Virus record (IMG/VR): IMGVR_UViG_3300032265_000524
Span: 1 to 56,549 of that record
Direction: 5' to 3' (one strand)
Length of the DNA: 56,549 bases
DNA from: a virus
Taxonomy: Duplodnaviria; Caudoviricetes
The translations under genes and the position numbers were made by a program. Below the pieces are notes generated by a model. The model was not told the DNA's origin. It saw only the letters and a program-made list of their open reading frames with translations, and did no database searches. Positions 35,301 through 41,584 of this stretch are shown in pieces. How positions within the stretch are numbered: the first letter of the stretch is position 1; each line of letters starts with the position of its first letter.

Positions 35301-36681
35301 TTCAAGTACTACTAACATTACTGTAGCCGCAACAATTACTGGCGTAGTAGCAAATCAACCAGTTACATTTGCAAGCACAGTTGGAACATTGGCAGCTAAT
35401 ACAACATATTATGTTGTTACTGCTAGCGGTACAACACTGACAGTTTCAAACGTAGTTGGCGGTTCTGCACTGTCAGTAGGTACTACAACTAGTTTAAGTG
35501 TATCAGCAACTACACAAAGTATAGTGGTTGTTGACAATACTGAAAACTTAGTGGCAAATCAACCAGTTGAGTTCCAAGGAACACTAACAGGATCTGGTTT
35601 GTTAACAAATACTCAATACTATCCAATTACAGGTAGTATCTCAAGTACAAGTTTTGCAGTGACACTAACTAGTGGAACATTGGCTCCAGTTGGATTGTCA
35701 GCAGCTACATTAAGTGCTACTTACACAGCAGGTCCAATCTTTACTATCACAGACGTTAATAAGACTAGAGCAGCAAGTATCAGAGTTAGAACTGGTAACG
35801 GTGTATTAGGTAACCCAACCTTTACTAACCGTGGTAATAACAATACCACTTCAAGTGCTACTGTAACTGGCGATGGTTTCTCAGATATCTATCAACCAGC
35901 TAACTTTATCAACGTTAATAATATGTTCTCAATCCCAACACCGGGTGCAAACGTAACATTTGCAAGTGTACCAGGCGTATACTACAAACTAGTTACAATT
36001 TCAAACATTCTTGGTGTCGCTGGTAATTATACTGCTACATGGCAGATTAATCCTTCATTGACAACATACTTGGCCCCGGCACACAATGATTTGATTACAA
36101 CAAGATTGAAATACAGTCAAACACGTTTAACAGGTCATGACTTCTTGTACATTGGTACTGGTAACTTTACGCAAACTAACTATCCAAATGTTAATATTGC
36201 TAATGCTATCCAAGCAAATCAACAGTTGTTTAGCGGTGGCGGACGAGTGTTCTTTACAAGTACTGACCAAGATGGTAACTTCAACGTTGGTAACTTGTTT
36301 GCTGTTCAACAGGCAACTGGTACAGCTACAATTAACGCTAGTGCATTTAACTTGTCAGGACTACAATCCTTACAGTTAGGTAACTTAACAGTTGGTACAG
36401 GATCTGCGGTTATTACTAGCTTCAGCTCAGACCCATATTTTACTGCTAACAGTGACAATATTTTACCAACACAGAAAGCTATTAAGACCTTCATCACATC
36501 ACAAATTGGTGGCGGACAATCTAGTTTGAACGTAAATACACTGACAGCTGGTGTTGTGTTTATTGCGGGTAACGTGATAACTACAACAACTGGTGGACAG
36601 ATCCAGGTAAAAGCAAAGATGAACTTTGTAGGCGGTATCGACGGTGCAGCAGTAGCAATGCCGTTCTTTATGCAAAGATAA
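20341..36681 (+). CDS. giant fibre/appendage protein (5446 aa), paralog of 12297..20282 with large nested insertions
   Basis: Uninterrupted 16.3-kb ORF with the same domain order as the 2661-aa protein, expanded by helical RD..YD..GGN repeats and many beta modules. Confidence 0.8.
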   Translation: MAEFYLGRIKFVYQGNWTTGTSYVVDDVVTVSGKTYICVVSHQASTLFVTDLNFAPSKWSLVSDGQSWKNTWTTSTYYNAGDLVKYYGIVYQCNAAHFSSPSASASSVAVTSASGVNGLATLTFSAQSSAPFAVGQTITVTGMQPSGYNATAVVTSCSTTQVSYANSTTGAATVNGYVNAVGGLESNQANWDTFANAFNWRNSWAVSTYYHVGDIVSYGGYVYYCTTSHNSAATTTLGLENNSSNWQVFNAGITYLGAWSSGVRYRTNDIVKQGADLWICVSPHTSGVAIDATGTYFQTFLNGLEFLNSWTNSTAYIAGDIVTYGGYSYVATQNNTNQIPSTATSYWVVYTTGFNFVGDWNNSTSYKTGNVVRQSGYTYLATTDSAPITQTVTAANTSSNNAFTVTSTTGIVPGMSVNFSYTPVSVTATATTATGSYILLSSTAGLATGMPVTFSGSGLVGSGITNGQLYYITAIAGAQIVVSLNFQGSPITLTSTSSGTRTGTAGGYQGGVLGTATYYVQSVPSSTTFTVATTQTGTALALVAASGIMTATVAVQPPNASYWARLNNGFQWTNYPQTFAAPTVTTVTGSGSSATFSVIASGTVYTVTLTGGGSGYATGNVLKIAGTQVGGLSPANDILITVGTTTGVITAGNFTFTGFSSTWQAGQSYSLGDVTFWGASSYTCVQSHVSATANRPDSDTTATFWNLLASGAEVATLTTQGDTFYYGPNGPTRLPIGTNGQILRTTNGYPTWSTYGLINNLVYVGPLGTDAPAPGFGLSIDTPWQTIRYACQQIEAGYQNPQAQMLLQMNKQFMMQEVANYVTYTYKASVTGTSTGAFLTSNTAGLTLGQPIRFADAQSFLVTGVAVSTTTTYYVKAITNNTSFTVSLTLNGAALNATGTGTTTVSYYTSLTSEIARDAGIVIDAFIFDLGHGGTTKTTAAALAYFTTAGNSFINTAVQAQANVFIGAQNYLATLVSLVLANTAPGSNYQTLNSISVGNRAIQQINANYTAEANTTSQVQGYISIITTGLAAGASTAIPTVINPQTTISIKTGTFNEVLPVNVPSFTALVGDELRSTVVQPMAADPQLATVIPKNSAALTRIQSLIPNLMSNTTITPTSGNTTSQVTSLPAASAGSTTAITNLKAAYNTLYDIVASGTSNTPVTIMPSPTGWAAGSLTNIAYACSGNATGSTAGYANGVAQIKQNYAFLVGETLGWLQTTYPSIWSAEGPTNTVSGYRDISHILDSIVYDMTYGGNSMSERAGSSYYSFYALNILASEKAPFIQAIQRLQTVIASVITTTSVSPTNTTVAQVTSGSAGSTNAATYAQALLTMVIDWISNGSADAVVMPYTGWISSDLQAAVAAVNAQIANNNIQLDTLGWVTKYYQNVPLSQSLTQRDAGLTATYLAYDMAFGSNFNAIQCGRAYCRTNTSDIALRTTAELAPTLGAINFQYYKVKQIAASGATAQIQTTIDDINAFLVGGVAPPVITWPQPALPSGITYPAVAGSNVTGTGTSATFNITRYNNGNGTITTTNGTIVNAGGSGYSVGNTIKILGTQIGGASPSNDLVLRVSQANAGAIVAVTESTVHGALRLLESNRAFILAEIIAYINANYSSITTDPNYTVAKTQRDMGYVLDAIHYDLLYGGNWQSQDAGMAYYSALYGSQITSGFGTAFVATLGYASTIAQSIITNTAVGSPLQVTVSQVLAGATQTTGNSGIATTAGALFTIVTNIVTSGLTNGVPTKTVTTIAGTNTFTTSAAHGLSIGDIVIPQTTSNGLVSTVIGSGTQYFVASIPANNQFTLSASYNGTTLTSFTNGTGLTIAVQTINMPYIAWTGTTNLAAFQAVSSALVANYQSQVVTFINTNYSALTYNSTYAQRDTVKVTRAAMYDMLLGSNFASITAGRAYNRTQDYLVQGYEKTATVAALNYLITLVASTLSPYTAQATSATGSISLIINYLSSASNTVKPEVNGTVTYNNNVNLIKGAEILRANIPFLASEAVAYYAANYGGTVSTLAASGNLITTSGNHNLNVNDPVKFSGTAAGGIAINTIYYVASTPSNTTFTITTVEGYLNTNTGTTYPVVTLSSVGSPTLTVAYYHDATQTRSDISYFLNAIVYDLQYTGNYRSLRAAQVLYNAVNGSQLSNMWLVRNGCGVRNMTLTGLNGTLTVANAYGTKRPTAGAYTSLDPGFGPYDSNAWVSSRSTYVQNVTLFGNGCTGLKIDGALHAGGNRSIVANDYTTIMSDGIGAWCTGSNALTELVSVFCYYSYSGYLAELGGKIRATNGNSSYGTYGVIAEGVDSYEVPLYANLNNQANGAYITNVLTDSVTQVLRMEYENAGQNYSNVQYTIGGTGYNTVTVGNEFRDGAVFESRLIDLNDGNGVGGANYLAQANIGQGGNTYSITIAGTDLQLATAYIGERIVLTAGSGVGQSAFIVAFNNGSKTMLVAKEGFTSLTVNSASATTNAFTLASGNTNTLYANMPIWFTGTAIGGANISVANPATTPGSIPFYVIGTSLTLNGTTFQVAASSGSTTPVVLNNDSGTMTVVAAGWDHVIPGKAIASALDLTSQYIIEPRLTYSAPGYTATARTLPSSQEWTAVTYAAGYYVAVSGTPLGSNTAAYSSDGKNWSLSGQLPTSQNWQSVTYGGGQGAVATAVVGGLGGVGCILSCTLGTGLASQQVASVTVVAGGTGYLTAPSIVFTSASGTGAVATCTVLNGVVQTVTVTSPGSSYATVPTVVAATDRLTSIIVNRAGQDYCIAPNVTVSGGGSSSQATALASVSNNGLSTITLLTVGSGYTSTPTVTITDTNAKFIATANGVINTAYQSPTNLSGTWTSGGSLPATSFVAVTYGTISSTPTWVAVGGTNSAASSSDGLSWISKVIPTLALGSYVSVAYGAGYFVAISNSTATAYSLNGNTWTVGGALPSAQNWNSVTFGNGRFVAVSGTGTATAYSIDFGLTWTSFGAGLPSVQNWKAVTYGQGTFLAISDDVTAPLSVSSVSRVGAASISTVSRVGTAAVSTVARVGNAPTSTYQRYGTFNFYSTARSGSTVTVNTGTAVQTSLATAVVTTSIVGLSGQFTIAVSSTSGIYKGMLVTGTGIGAGATVSNSWDGSSSVLLTVANSSNPSGTGTFGNNAVTVGSTAGITVGTNVAGTNVSGTVSAVYTSPGNVVILSATNGGTPSGTGTFYTTVAHGLTVGGVTTTATGTINTNYVTVGSVAGLMVGMSVSAGTGFVIGSTITAINGSTLTLSSALTTSPSSGSVTFTYNVTVANSTSGLDTTNVAITVTTTSAFTYTLGSGTVATTYTTTGLITPSTITAFVTTTSAGLWNTISTTSTTGTIVNNVIPTAITVANTSGVYTGMAVNDLYGSATLTPSATNASGNVITVPSTATLVPGQPVQFTSTPATSIINGSANSSQSISITGGVLTGTVGTLTYAAQATIPFVPNETITITGANPPTLNANWVVQSATKTSVTFATALSSAAVTPTLTGAAVGTPGVFTVSSTTGLVVGEAITFTNVIQTPTLTATTNASFTTTGSGISGSTLTIGTITGGTVVIGAVISGGTIPAGTYITANLAGGSTNGSTWSISNWIGTSIPTQTTQAINGAVNLITLTNTTGIVIGESFIPTTTNGGLTGLSTYYVTEVISASNQIAVSTSYLGTANQTLTTTTGRTDATTFGSIFGGLTSGTTYYIATLPVSPVNSMTLSTSASLTPTFNVTTGANGSWTSSAGAVLAAGTIATGANVVPLASTSGLVTGQSVYFSAPTTASGTVISTNSTGNLIQVNNTTSLAIGKSITFNGTLAGTNLTVGQQYFVLTIPTPGANGTITVANTPGGTAVVVNTIASFGTPPGFTSSYAISGSALNTYSSGTPTVAGSVGSNIAINTQGLGYGVGQPVTFGSAFGNVTTSTTYFIQSLNTAGINGYIAPGTATSFTGSISGTTLTVTSVPTGSGITTGMVLSGGTIGTSVYIVSNVSGTGTSASSSWTINTTVSQTSTTITATPVLLTVTTVGSGTVTPGMYLSGGSVTANTIIVANSSGSGGTGTYFVNINQSRDSAGTPGSYNATAISITTSQGGGGALTVGQGGTGTATIAGAVQLASINGLVSGSTITFGGSTGASGISTGTTQYYIVDVIGSGIPGVITISSTFNGAYTSITGASLSSATFTAGAPVQISVASTGSLATQTIAVTSTSGNNITTTSSVTGLGITAGQPVTFASSLGNIIAGTVYYVLTASGTTMTISQQSGGSTFAVGTGGSNTANIQGTVQLASTTGLTVGQPVTFSAASIPGTVTATNATGNLITVGNTAALVIGQAISFSGTLTGTGITSGVTYYILTIPTPGAGGTITVSLAYGGSVLPVLTNASVTASYSAGGPGYVTPNATATSSSGNTVTLSSVTGVSIGQPITFTGAGLVGSLIVGGQTYYILSIASTNITIGLTQGGSAVTLGNASSGTLTATIGGNLFGNLNASLFYYITTISGNTLAISQTQGGTPYVHILAQGLASGTAGGTAFGNMLSGIPYYITSITGNNLTISTTFGGTTFVPGNAAGAATTSTGGLTNTGITPSTIYFVLAVASTTTFTVCATQYGTLAVPLVTTNLGATSVLSGGYLPANTTVFSVNYQTNTVTLSANPIAPMSTISIFFLPIVTIGSTLAVDGTFTINPVSATVFSLTTTGANVAAGTAIATGLATFVTPTSTVVTSVPHGYLTGYTVNLSGVVTSGPTGFDQTGVSINVINSTSFTFTNTGYASLVATSATTGTVTPNTPSAFATITTSAPHYFTTGLSVTVSGVSTTGFNASGVTVTVTGANTFTYSNSGISVATTAVTGASASSTSNIATLTTQTVHGLSTGNTVTIVGTGVTGFDIANVTITVTSTVAFTYADAGSSIGATSTTGFVYLPSNVAATSPDGLNWTSRTLPSASSWRAVAFGNPNSNPLFVVVSDTPGTFAASVRTGATSQGRAKVISGAISEVRMIEPGSGYPKGTISATYAPVVMTVNSSSTTNITVAATITGVVANQPVTFASTVGTLAANTTYYVVTASGTTLTVSNVVGGSALSVGTTTSLSVSATTQSIVVVDNTENLVANQPVEFQGTLTGSGLLTNTQYYPITGSISSTSFAVTLTSGTLAPVGLSAATLSATYTAGPIFTITDVNKTRAASIRVRTGNGVLGNPTFTNRGNNNTTSSATVTGDGFSDIYQPANFINVNNMFSIPTPGANVTFASVPGVYYKLVTISNILGVAGNYTATWQINPSLTTYLAPAHNDLITTRLKYSQTRLTGHDFLYIGTGNFTQTNYPNVNIANAIQANQQLFSGGGRVFFTSTDQDGNFNVGNLFAVQQATGTATINASAFNLSGLQSLQLGNLTVGTGSAVITSFSSDPYFTANSDNILPTQKAIKTFITSQIGGGQSSLNVNTLTAGVVFIAGNVITTTTGGQIQVKAKMNFVGGIDGAAVAMPFFMQR
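36262..36323 (+). repeat. 62-bp dispersed repeat, copy 2
   Basis: actgaccaagatggtaacttcaacgttggtaacttgtttgctgttcaacaggcaactggtac. Confidence 0.85.
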
Positions 36682-36703
36682 AAATTAAAAAGGAAGAAAT
36701 AAC

Positions 36704-37033
36704 ATGGCAACAGGAAGATTAGGCAACACTCAATTAGTAGCAAGTACACTAACTAGCGTTTACGCAGTTACAGCTGGCTACTACTCAGTGTTCAACGTTT
36801 CGATTACTAATACAGGAACTAGCAGTACAACATTTAGTATAGCTTTAAGCACCGCTACTGTCGCAGGTAACGTGTTGGCTAGCGAATATATTGAATCTGG
36901 CACAACCTTGATCGGTAATGGTGTATTTGAACGTACAGGTTTAGTATGTGGTGCAAACATGAACGTATGGGTTACAACACCAGGTTCTGCTATAAACGTT
37001 ACAGTTTATGGTATTGAAACATCAACATCATAA
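36704..37033 (+). CDS. small structural protein (109 aa), paralog of 37787..38116
   Basis: MATGRLG...EYIE....L..N.V.ERTG...YGIE; identical length to the paralog. Confidence 0.75.
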   Translation: MATGRLGNTQLVASTLTSVYAVTAGYYSVFNVSITNTGTSSTTFSIALSTATVAGNVLASEYIESGTTLIGNGVFERTGLVCGANMNVWVTTPGSAINVTVYGIETSTS

Positions 37034-37037
37034 TAGA

Positions 37038-37043
37038 TAAATA
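37038..37043 (+). promoter_or_regulatory. late promoter box (TAAATA)
   Basis: gaTAAATAtaag upstream of 37063. Confidence 0.6.
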
Positions 37044-37062
37044 TAAGAACTAGGAAAAAAAC

Positions 37063-37722
37063 ATGGCTCGTTATAATACCGCAACCCAGTCGCAAGTAAT
37101 TAATACTACTGCAACCGTAGGAGCACCGTATCAAGGGGTGTTCACTAAATTTACTGGCACCCCACCGTACACAGTGACTCTACCAAACCCAGTACTATAT
37201 CCAGGTCAACAGCAACAGTTTTATAACGCTACAACTGGCGTGGTAACATTGCAAGCTGGTGGTACTGCTACATTTGTTGGTATTGGTGTCGGTACTGCTT
37301 CAACAACGCCAACTGGCCAAGGTGCTCCAGGCGGTACAACGTTTACCATGGAACCTAATTCATCTATTAGAATTGTATCTGATGGTACTAACTATGTTAT
37401 TATTGGCAGTGTTGGCGGTCCTAAAACAGCTACAGAATTAACAACCACCAGCACAACTGCACTAACTCCGTCAGGATTCAACGTAACAATATTCCCAACG
37501 GGTGCTGGTATAACAACCATTAATAGCGGTACAACAGGCGCAATGGATAACATCATTATTGGTGCTAACTGTGCTGTTGCTGCGACATTTACCTGTGCTA
37601 CGATCGTAGCTCAACCTACTACATTAACGCAGGTTGCTAACAAGTGCTATGTTGACAGAATCGCTAGAAAAGTTACAGCAGCCCAATTCTTTATATCAAG
37701 TTCTAGCGGATTTGGGGTCTAA
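37063..37722 (+). CDS. short tail-fibre-like protein
   Basis: YTVTLP.P....G motif reminiscent of T4 gp34-type repeats; C-terminal ANKCYVD resembles the fibre ATK.YVD motif. Confidence 0.6.
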   Translation: MARYNTATQSQVINTTATVGAPYQGVFTKFTGTPPYTVTLPNPVLYPGQQQQFYNATTGVVTLQAGGTATFVGIGVGTASTTPTGQGAPGGTTFTMEPNSSIRIVSDGTNYVIIGSVGGPKTATELTTTSTTALTPSGFNVTIFPTGAGITTINSGTTGAMDNIIIGANCAVAATFTCATIVAQPTTLTQVANKCYVDRIARKVTAAQFFISSSSGFGV

Positions 37723-37753
37723 CATAAAAATATTGAGTAATGCATAAAAAGCA

Positions 37754-37759
37754 TAAATA
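37754..37759 (+). promoter_or_regulatory. late promoter box (TAAATA)
   Basis: gcaTAAATAac upstream of 37787. Confidence 0.6.
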
Positions 37760-37786
37760 ACATAAGAGAACACGGAGAATCAATAC

Positions 37787-38116
37787 ATGGCAACAGGAAG
37801 ATTAGGAAGTTCTGACTTAGCGGCAGCAACTTACACAACACTATATACTGTACCGGCAAATACCTATACAGCAATTTCTGTTAACTTTGTTAACAGAGCA
37901 AACACTCAAGTAAGCATCAGAATGTCGATAAGTGCTACGGCCAACGTTGGCTCTCCAATTGCATCTGAATGGATTGAGTATAACACCGTACTAACCGGTA
38001 ACCAAGTTCTAGAAAGAACAGGTATCATTGCAGATACAGGTGCTAACATTGTAGTATGGGCTAGTTCAGCACTAGTAACAGCTTATGCTTTTGGCATTGA
38101 ATCATCTACTACGTAA
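37787..38116 (+). CDS. small structural protein (109 aa), paralog of 36704..37033
   Basis: MATGRLG...EWIE...L..N.VLERTG...FGIE. Confidence 0.75.
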   Translation: MATGRLGSSDLAAATYTTLYTVPANTYTAISVNFVNRANTQVSIRMSISATANVGSPIASEWIEYNTVLTGNQVLERTGIIADTGANIVVWASSALVTAYAFGIESSTT

Positions 38117-38134
38117 TAAGTTAAAGGAAAAACT

Positions 38135-38455
38135 ATGGGACGCAATATTACAACAACTGGAGCACAAACTGGAACTACTAGATATATTTCTAGCACATAT
38201 TCAGCATTGGCCAACGATAGAATTATCTGCACAGCAGGTGGTTTTACAATCACATTGCCAGCAACTGCAAACTTGATCGACGGCGATACAATTCAAATTG
38301 TCGACATTCAAGGTAACTTTGGTGGTTCGCCTGTTACTGTTAACAGTAACGGTGCAGCAATTCAAGGAACAGTACAAAACGTATCATTGAACGTTAATAA
38401 TACTACAGTAACTATCGTATATGCTCCATCATACGGTTGGTATATCACAAGATAA
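38135..38455 (+). CDS. single gp34-like fibre repeat protein
   Basis: GGFTITLPA.....GDTIQIVD..G.F....VTV..NG..I.G....L.......IVY....GW pattern. Confidence 0.65.
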   Translation: MGRNITTTGAQTGTTRYISSTYSALANDRIICTAGGFTITLPATANLIDGDTIQIVDIQGNFGGSPVTVNSNGAAIQGTVQNVSLNVNNTTVTIVYAPSYGWYITR

Positions 38456-38483
38456 TACAGAACAGATTAAAGGGCGAAATTAA

Positions 38484-39278
38484 ATGGCTACAGTTGGACT
38501 TGGACAATTATTGGTTAACAGCACGAGTTCCGCGGCTCAACAATACAAACAAAACGTATTTGCGATCTATAACGGCTCGGTTAACCCACAGAACGGTGGA
38601 ACATGTTGCTGCTTTATAGTACCCTCTGGTGTTGGTGCATCATGGGTAACGTTTGAGCTGTTCGGTGGTGGTGGTGACGGCCCTGGTGGCTGCTGCTGTA
38701 TGGGTGCCTATAATGGTCCCGGTGGCGGCGCCTACGTTAAAAAGACTTTGCAAACAACAGCTGGTTGTGCCTACATTCTATGTGCAGGCTCATCAGGTTG
38801 CTGTCAAGTCAACTGTTGCGGCACTTGCGGATTCCCTAGTTTCGTAGTATGTGCTGGTAACTCAACAACTGCTGCTTGTGCTACAGGCGGAGCAGGTGGT
38901 TGTGGTCTATGCTGGCACGGTGGTTTCAATAACTGTACTGGTGTTTGCGTAGCAATGTTTACATCAGGATGTTCTAGCAGTTTAGGTGACTTTATTGTTC
39001 CATCTATGCAGAGCACACAAAAAGATTCAAACTATTGTACACAGTATAGCTATACATGGCAAGCTGGTACACCAAAATTAAGTAATAATAGCTGTCATAC
39101 ATTTGATATTTGTACCATTGGTATGGCACACTCAGGCTGTATGATGGTCGGTAGTTACACACCTGTTACACCATGTTCAGGTCCAGGTAGTCCTGGAATT
39201 GCTGGTGAAGGCTGCGGAGGCGGCTGCTGTTGGGGTAGCTGGGGCATGGGCGGCATGGTTGTAGTAACTTGGGGTTAA
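38484..39278 (+). CDS. Cys/Gly-rich adhesin-like protein A
   Basis: VP.G...VTFELFGGGG.G and terminal G.GG.V.VTW glycine-rich-domain signature; 28 Cys in 264 aa by my count, two CCC triplets. Confidence 0.7.
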   Translation: MATVGLGQLLVNSTSSAAQQYKQNVFAIYNGSVNPQNGGTCCCFIVPSGVGASWVTFELFGGGGDGPGGCCCMGAYNGPGGGAYVKKTLQTTAGCAYILCAGSSGCCQVNCCGTCGFPSFVVCAGNSTTAACATGGAGGCGLCWHGGFNNCTGVCVAMFTSGCSSSLGDFIVPSMQSTQKDSNYCTQYSYTWQAGTPKLSNNSCHTFDICTIGMAHSGCMMVGSYTPVTPCSGPGSPGIAGEGCGGGCCWGSWGMGGMVVVTWG

Positions 39279-39296
39279 TAAAAGGAATTAATAAAA

Positions 39297-40013
39297 ATGA
39301 CAAGTAAAAATTTAGCATTAGGAAGTTTAAGTCCAGAGGACGCACAAGCGGCAGCAGAAGCGCATGTTGGTGAAGCTGCGACATCTGAGAGATTTGAACG
39401 TATTACATTTGAATTTGAATACGCTGTACCTGACGAGTACCTAAGTCAGTCAATGTCTAAAGGCTTAAAGGCCAAGTGGACATACAGTGGTCCTAAAACA
39501 CTTTATGTATTTGTTAAACAAGATACACATAAATTAGAGGGAAAATTTCACTATCACGAAGGCGATGACGGTCATCTAATCCCAACACCTCCAGGTGAAG
39601 TTAAAATTGCTATTGATCCAACTAAAGAACCATTAGTTGCTAGTATCATTTATAATGACTTAGACTACGGTACATTGCCTCATACAGAGGAGCCTTTACC
39701 AAACGGTAAAACATATGGTGCTCCAATTCCTACACCTCCAGATCACTGCTATGAAGTAGAAGAAATTGAATGGGATCCAGTAGCTGAGAAATTTAAAACT
39801 CCAACAGTACTAAAAGTCCCACATATGACATGGGACGGAATTAAAGCGTCTCGTAATAATATGCTAAAGTGGTCAGATATGAAAGTACGTACTTGTAACC
39901 CTGCTGAAGTCAAAGCATGGGAAGATTTCCGTAAAGAATTAAGAGATTTACCAAAAGTATGGAAGGATATCGATGCTTGGAAAGTACAACTCCCAGAACA
40001 ACCAAGTGCTTAA
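39297..40013 (+). CDS. tail fibre assembly chaperone-like protein 1
   Basis: C-terminal W..IK..RN.ML..SD...W..FRKELRDLP motif of phage tail assembly chaperones; acidic/Pro-rich N-domain. Confidence 0.7.
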   Translation: MTSKNLALGSLSPEDAQAAAEAHVGEAATSERFERITFEFEYAVPDEYLSQSMSKGLKAKWTYSGPKTLYVFVKQDTHKLEGKFHYHEGDDGHLIPTPPGEVKIAIDPTKEPLVASIIYNDLDYGTLPHTEEPLPNGKTYGAPIPTPPDHCYEVEEIEWDPVAEKFKTPTVLKVPHMTWDGIKASRNNMLKWSDMKVRTCNPAEVKAWEDFRKELRDLPKVWKDIDAWKVQLPEQPSA

Positions 40014-40027
40014 TAGGGTATAACTAA

Positions 40028-40813
40028 ATGGCAACAATCAACTTATCAGTTTTATTTCCAGATACTCGATATTCTACCACTTCATCAGGCTTAACTAATA
40101 CCTATTCAACTTTTAACGTTTACAACACTAGTTTAAACTCAGCGTGTAACGGTGGACAATGTTGTTTATGGACAGTACCAGCAGGCGTATGCTGGGCTAA
40201 GTTTGAAGTATGGGGTGGTGGTGGATCGGGTGGTGGCGCATGCTGCTGTGAACAACCTTGCTACCCGGGTGGATCAGGTAGCTATGCTAGAAGAACAATT
40301 CCTGTAACTCCGGGTAATTCATTTACAATCTGCGCTGGCGGTAATGGAAGTTGCCAAGGGCCATGCTGCGGACAAACTGGATATGACACCTGGGTACAGA
40401 GCAACGGTACAACACAGGTACAACTCAATCTATGTGCATCAGGCGGTTACTGGGGATCAACAGGATGTTTCTTTGGATTTGGATCATGCTGTTCATGCTC
40501 AGCATGCCAATACGGTGCATATTGTGGCGCAGACTTTGGTGTTTGCGGATCACGCGGTGGAACTCGTTTAAGTAATTGCGGCTATGACTCATATGCGTAT
40601 GTACCAGGGCCAACATACATCGGTGCTGGTATACAAATTACTATGGACTTCTGTCAAGCGTTGTCAGGTAATCAAATGATGACATCATTCAATTGTGGAT
40701 CAGCTTATGCTGTATTCCCAGGAGGCGGCATGTCGGGCGCAAGCGTACAGGGTGGTAACTGTTGTTGCGGTGGTATGGGTGCCGGTGGACTTGTTACTGT
40801 AACATATAGATAA
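40028..40813 (+). CDS. Cys/Gly-rich adhesin-like protein B
   Basis: NGGQCCLWTVP...FEVWGGGGSGGGACCC...GAGGLVTVTY; 26 Cys in 261 aa. Confidence 0.7.
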   Translation: MATINLSVLFPDTRYSTTSSGLTNTYSTFNVYNTSLNSACNGGQCCLWTVPAGVCWAKFEVWGGGGSGGGACCCEQPCYPGGSGSYARRTIPVTPGNSFTICAGGNGSCQGPCCGQTGYDTWVQSNGTTQVQLNLCASGGYWGSTGCFFGFGSCCSCSACQYGAYCGADFGVCGSRGGTRLSNCGYDSYAYVPGPTYIGAGIQITMDFCQALSGNQMMTSFNCGSAYAVFPGGGMSGASVQGGNCCCGGMGAGGLVTVTYR

Positions 40814-40826
40814 GGGCAGAATATAA

Positions 40827-41579
40827 ATGGCAACAGTAAATTTATCAAATTTAGTATATACAATTCCAGCAGTACAGGGTAATAATTATCCAAGAGAATT
40901 TTTAGTATACAACACATCGACAGGTGCATTAAACAACGGCGGCCAGTGCTGTGCGTGGACAGTTCCAGCTAATGCTAGCTGGGTAACTTTTGAAATCTGG
41001 GGTGGTGGTGGTGGCGGTGCAGGTTCATGCTGCTGTCAGTCAGGATCAGGTGCTGGTGCTGGTGCTTATGCTGTTCAAACAGTCAGTTTAACTACATACA
41101 CAGGTTGCCTATACACAATTTGTGCTGCTAGTTCAACATGTATTACACCTGGTACAGGCGGCTACGGCGGCAGCACAACATGGGTCCAAGGCCCAGGTCT
41201 AAGCAACTTCTGTGCAACAGGTGGAACATATGGTTGTACACAGTGTTTTATGTTCCAAAACTGCTATATTTGTAATATTGCACACGGATCACACTGTATG
41301 TCGGCTTTCTATGGCGCAAGCTATGGTATTGCGGGCACAGGCGGCAGTAACATCAACGTACAGAACTGCTATCAGTTTGGACAACAGTTTTCTTCACTTG
41401 CTCCAGCTACAGCTTCAGGACCACAAATTGGTCCATCAGGTTGCGTAAACGGTGGTTGCTCATGTATGCCATGCGCATTCTTTCCAGGCGGTGGCGGATT
41501 ATCTGCACAAAGTCAAAACAACAACTGCTGGTGCGGCCAATGGGGCGCAGGTGGTTTAGTTTCAGTAACATGGGGTTAA
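40827..41579 (+). CDS. Cys/Gly-rich adhesin-like protein C
   Basis: NGGQCCAWTVP...FEIWGGGGGGAGSCCC...GAGGLVSVTW; 21 Cys in 250 aa. Confidence 0.7.
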   Translation: MATVNLSNLVYTIPAVQGNNYPREFLVYNTSTGALNNGGQCCAWTVPANASWVTFEIWGGGGGGAGSCCCQSGSGAGAGAYAVQTVSLTTYTGCLYTICAASSTCITPGTGGYGGSTTWVQGPGLSNFCATGGTYGCTQCFMFQNCYICNIAHGSHCMSAFYGASYGIAGTGGSNINVQNCYQFGQQFSSLAPATASGPQIGPSGCVNGGCSCMPCAFFPGGGGLSAQSQNNNCWCGQWGAGGLVSVTWG

Positions 41580-41584
41580 TTTAA

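Noticed and set aside
19797-36323. Diversity-generating retroelement (TR/VR) reading of the 62-bp repeat
   Set aside because: Both copies are coding, the mismatches (c/t, a/c, t/c) are not adenine-specific, and no reverse transcriptase is in the window
40998-41020. (GGT)n runs in the Cys/Gly genes as phase-variation microsatellites
   Set aside because: They are in-frame Gly codons of a conserved motif; slippage would not shift the frame
38484-41579. Cys-rich proteins as RiPP precursors or metallothioneins
   Set aside because: About 255 aa with a full glycine-rich domain signature, no leader/core layout, and no radical SAM, YcaO or peptidase gene nearby
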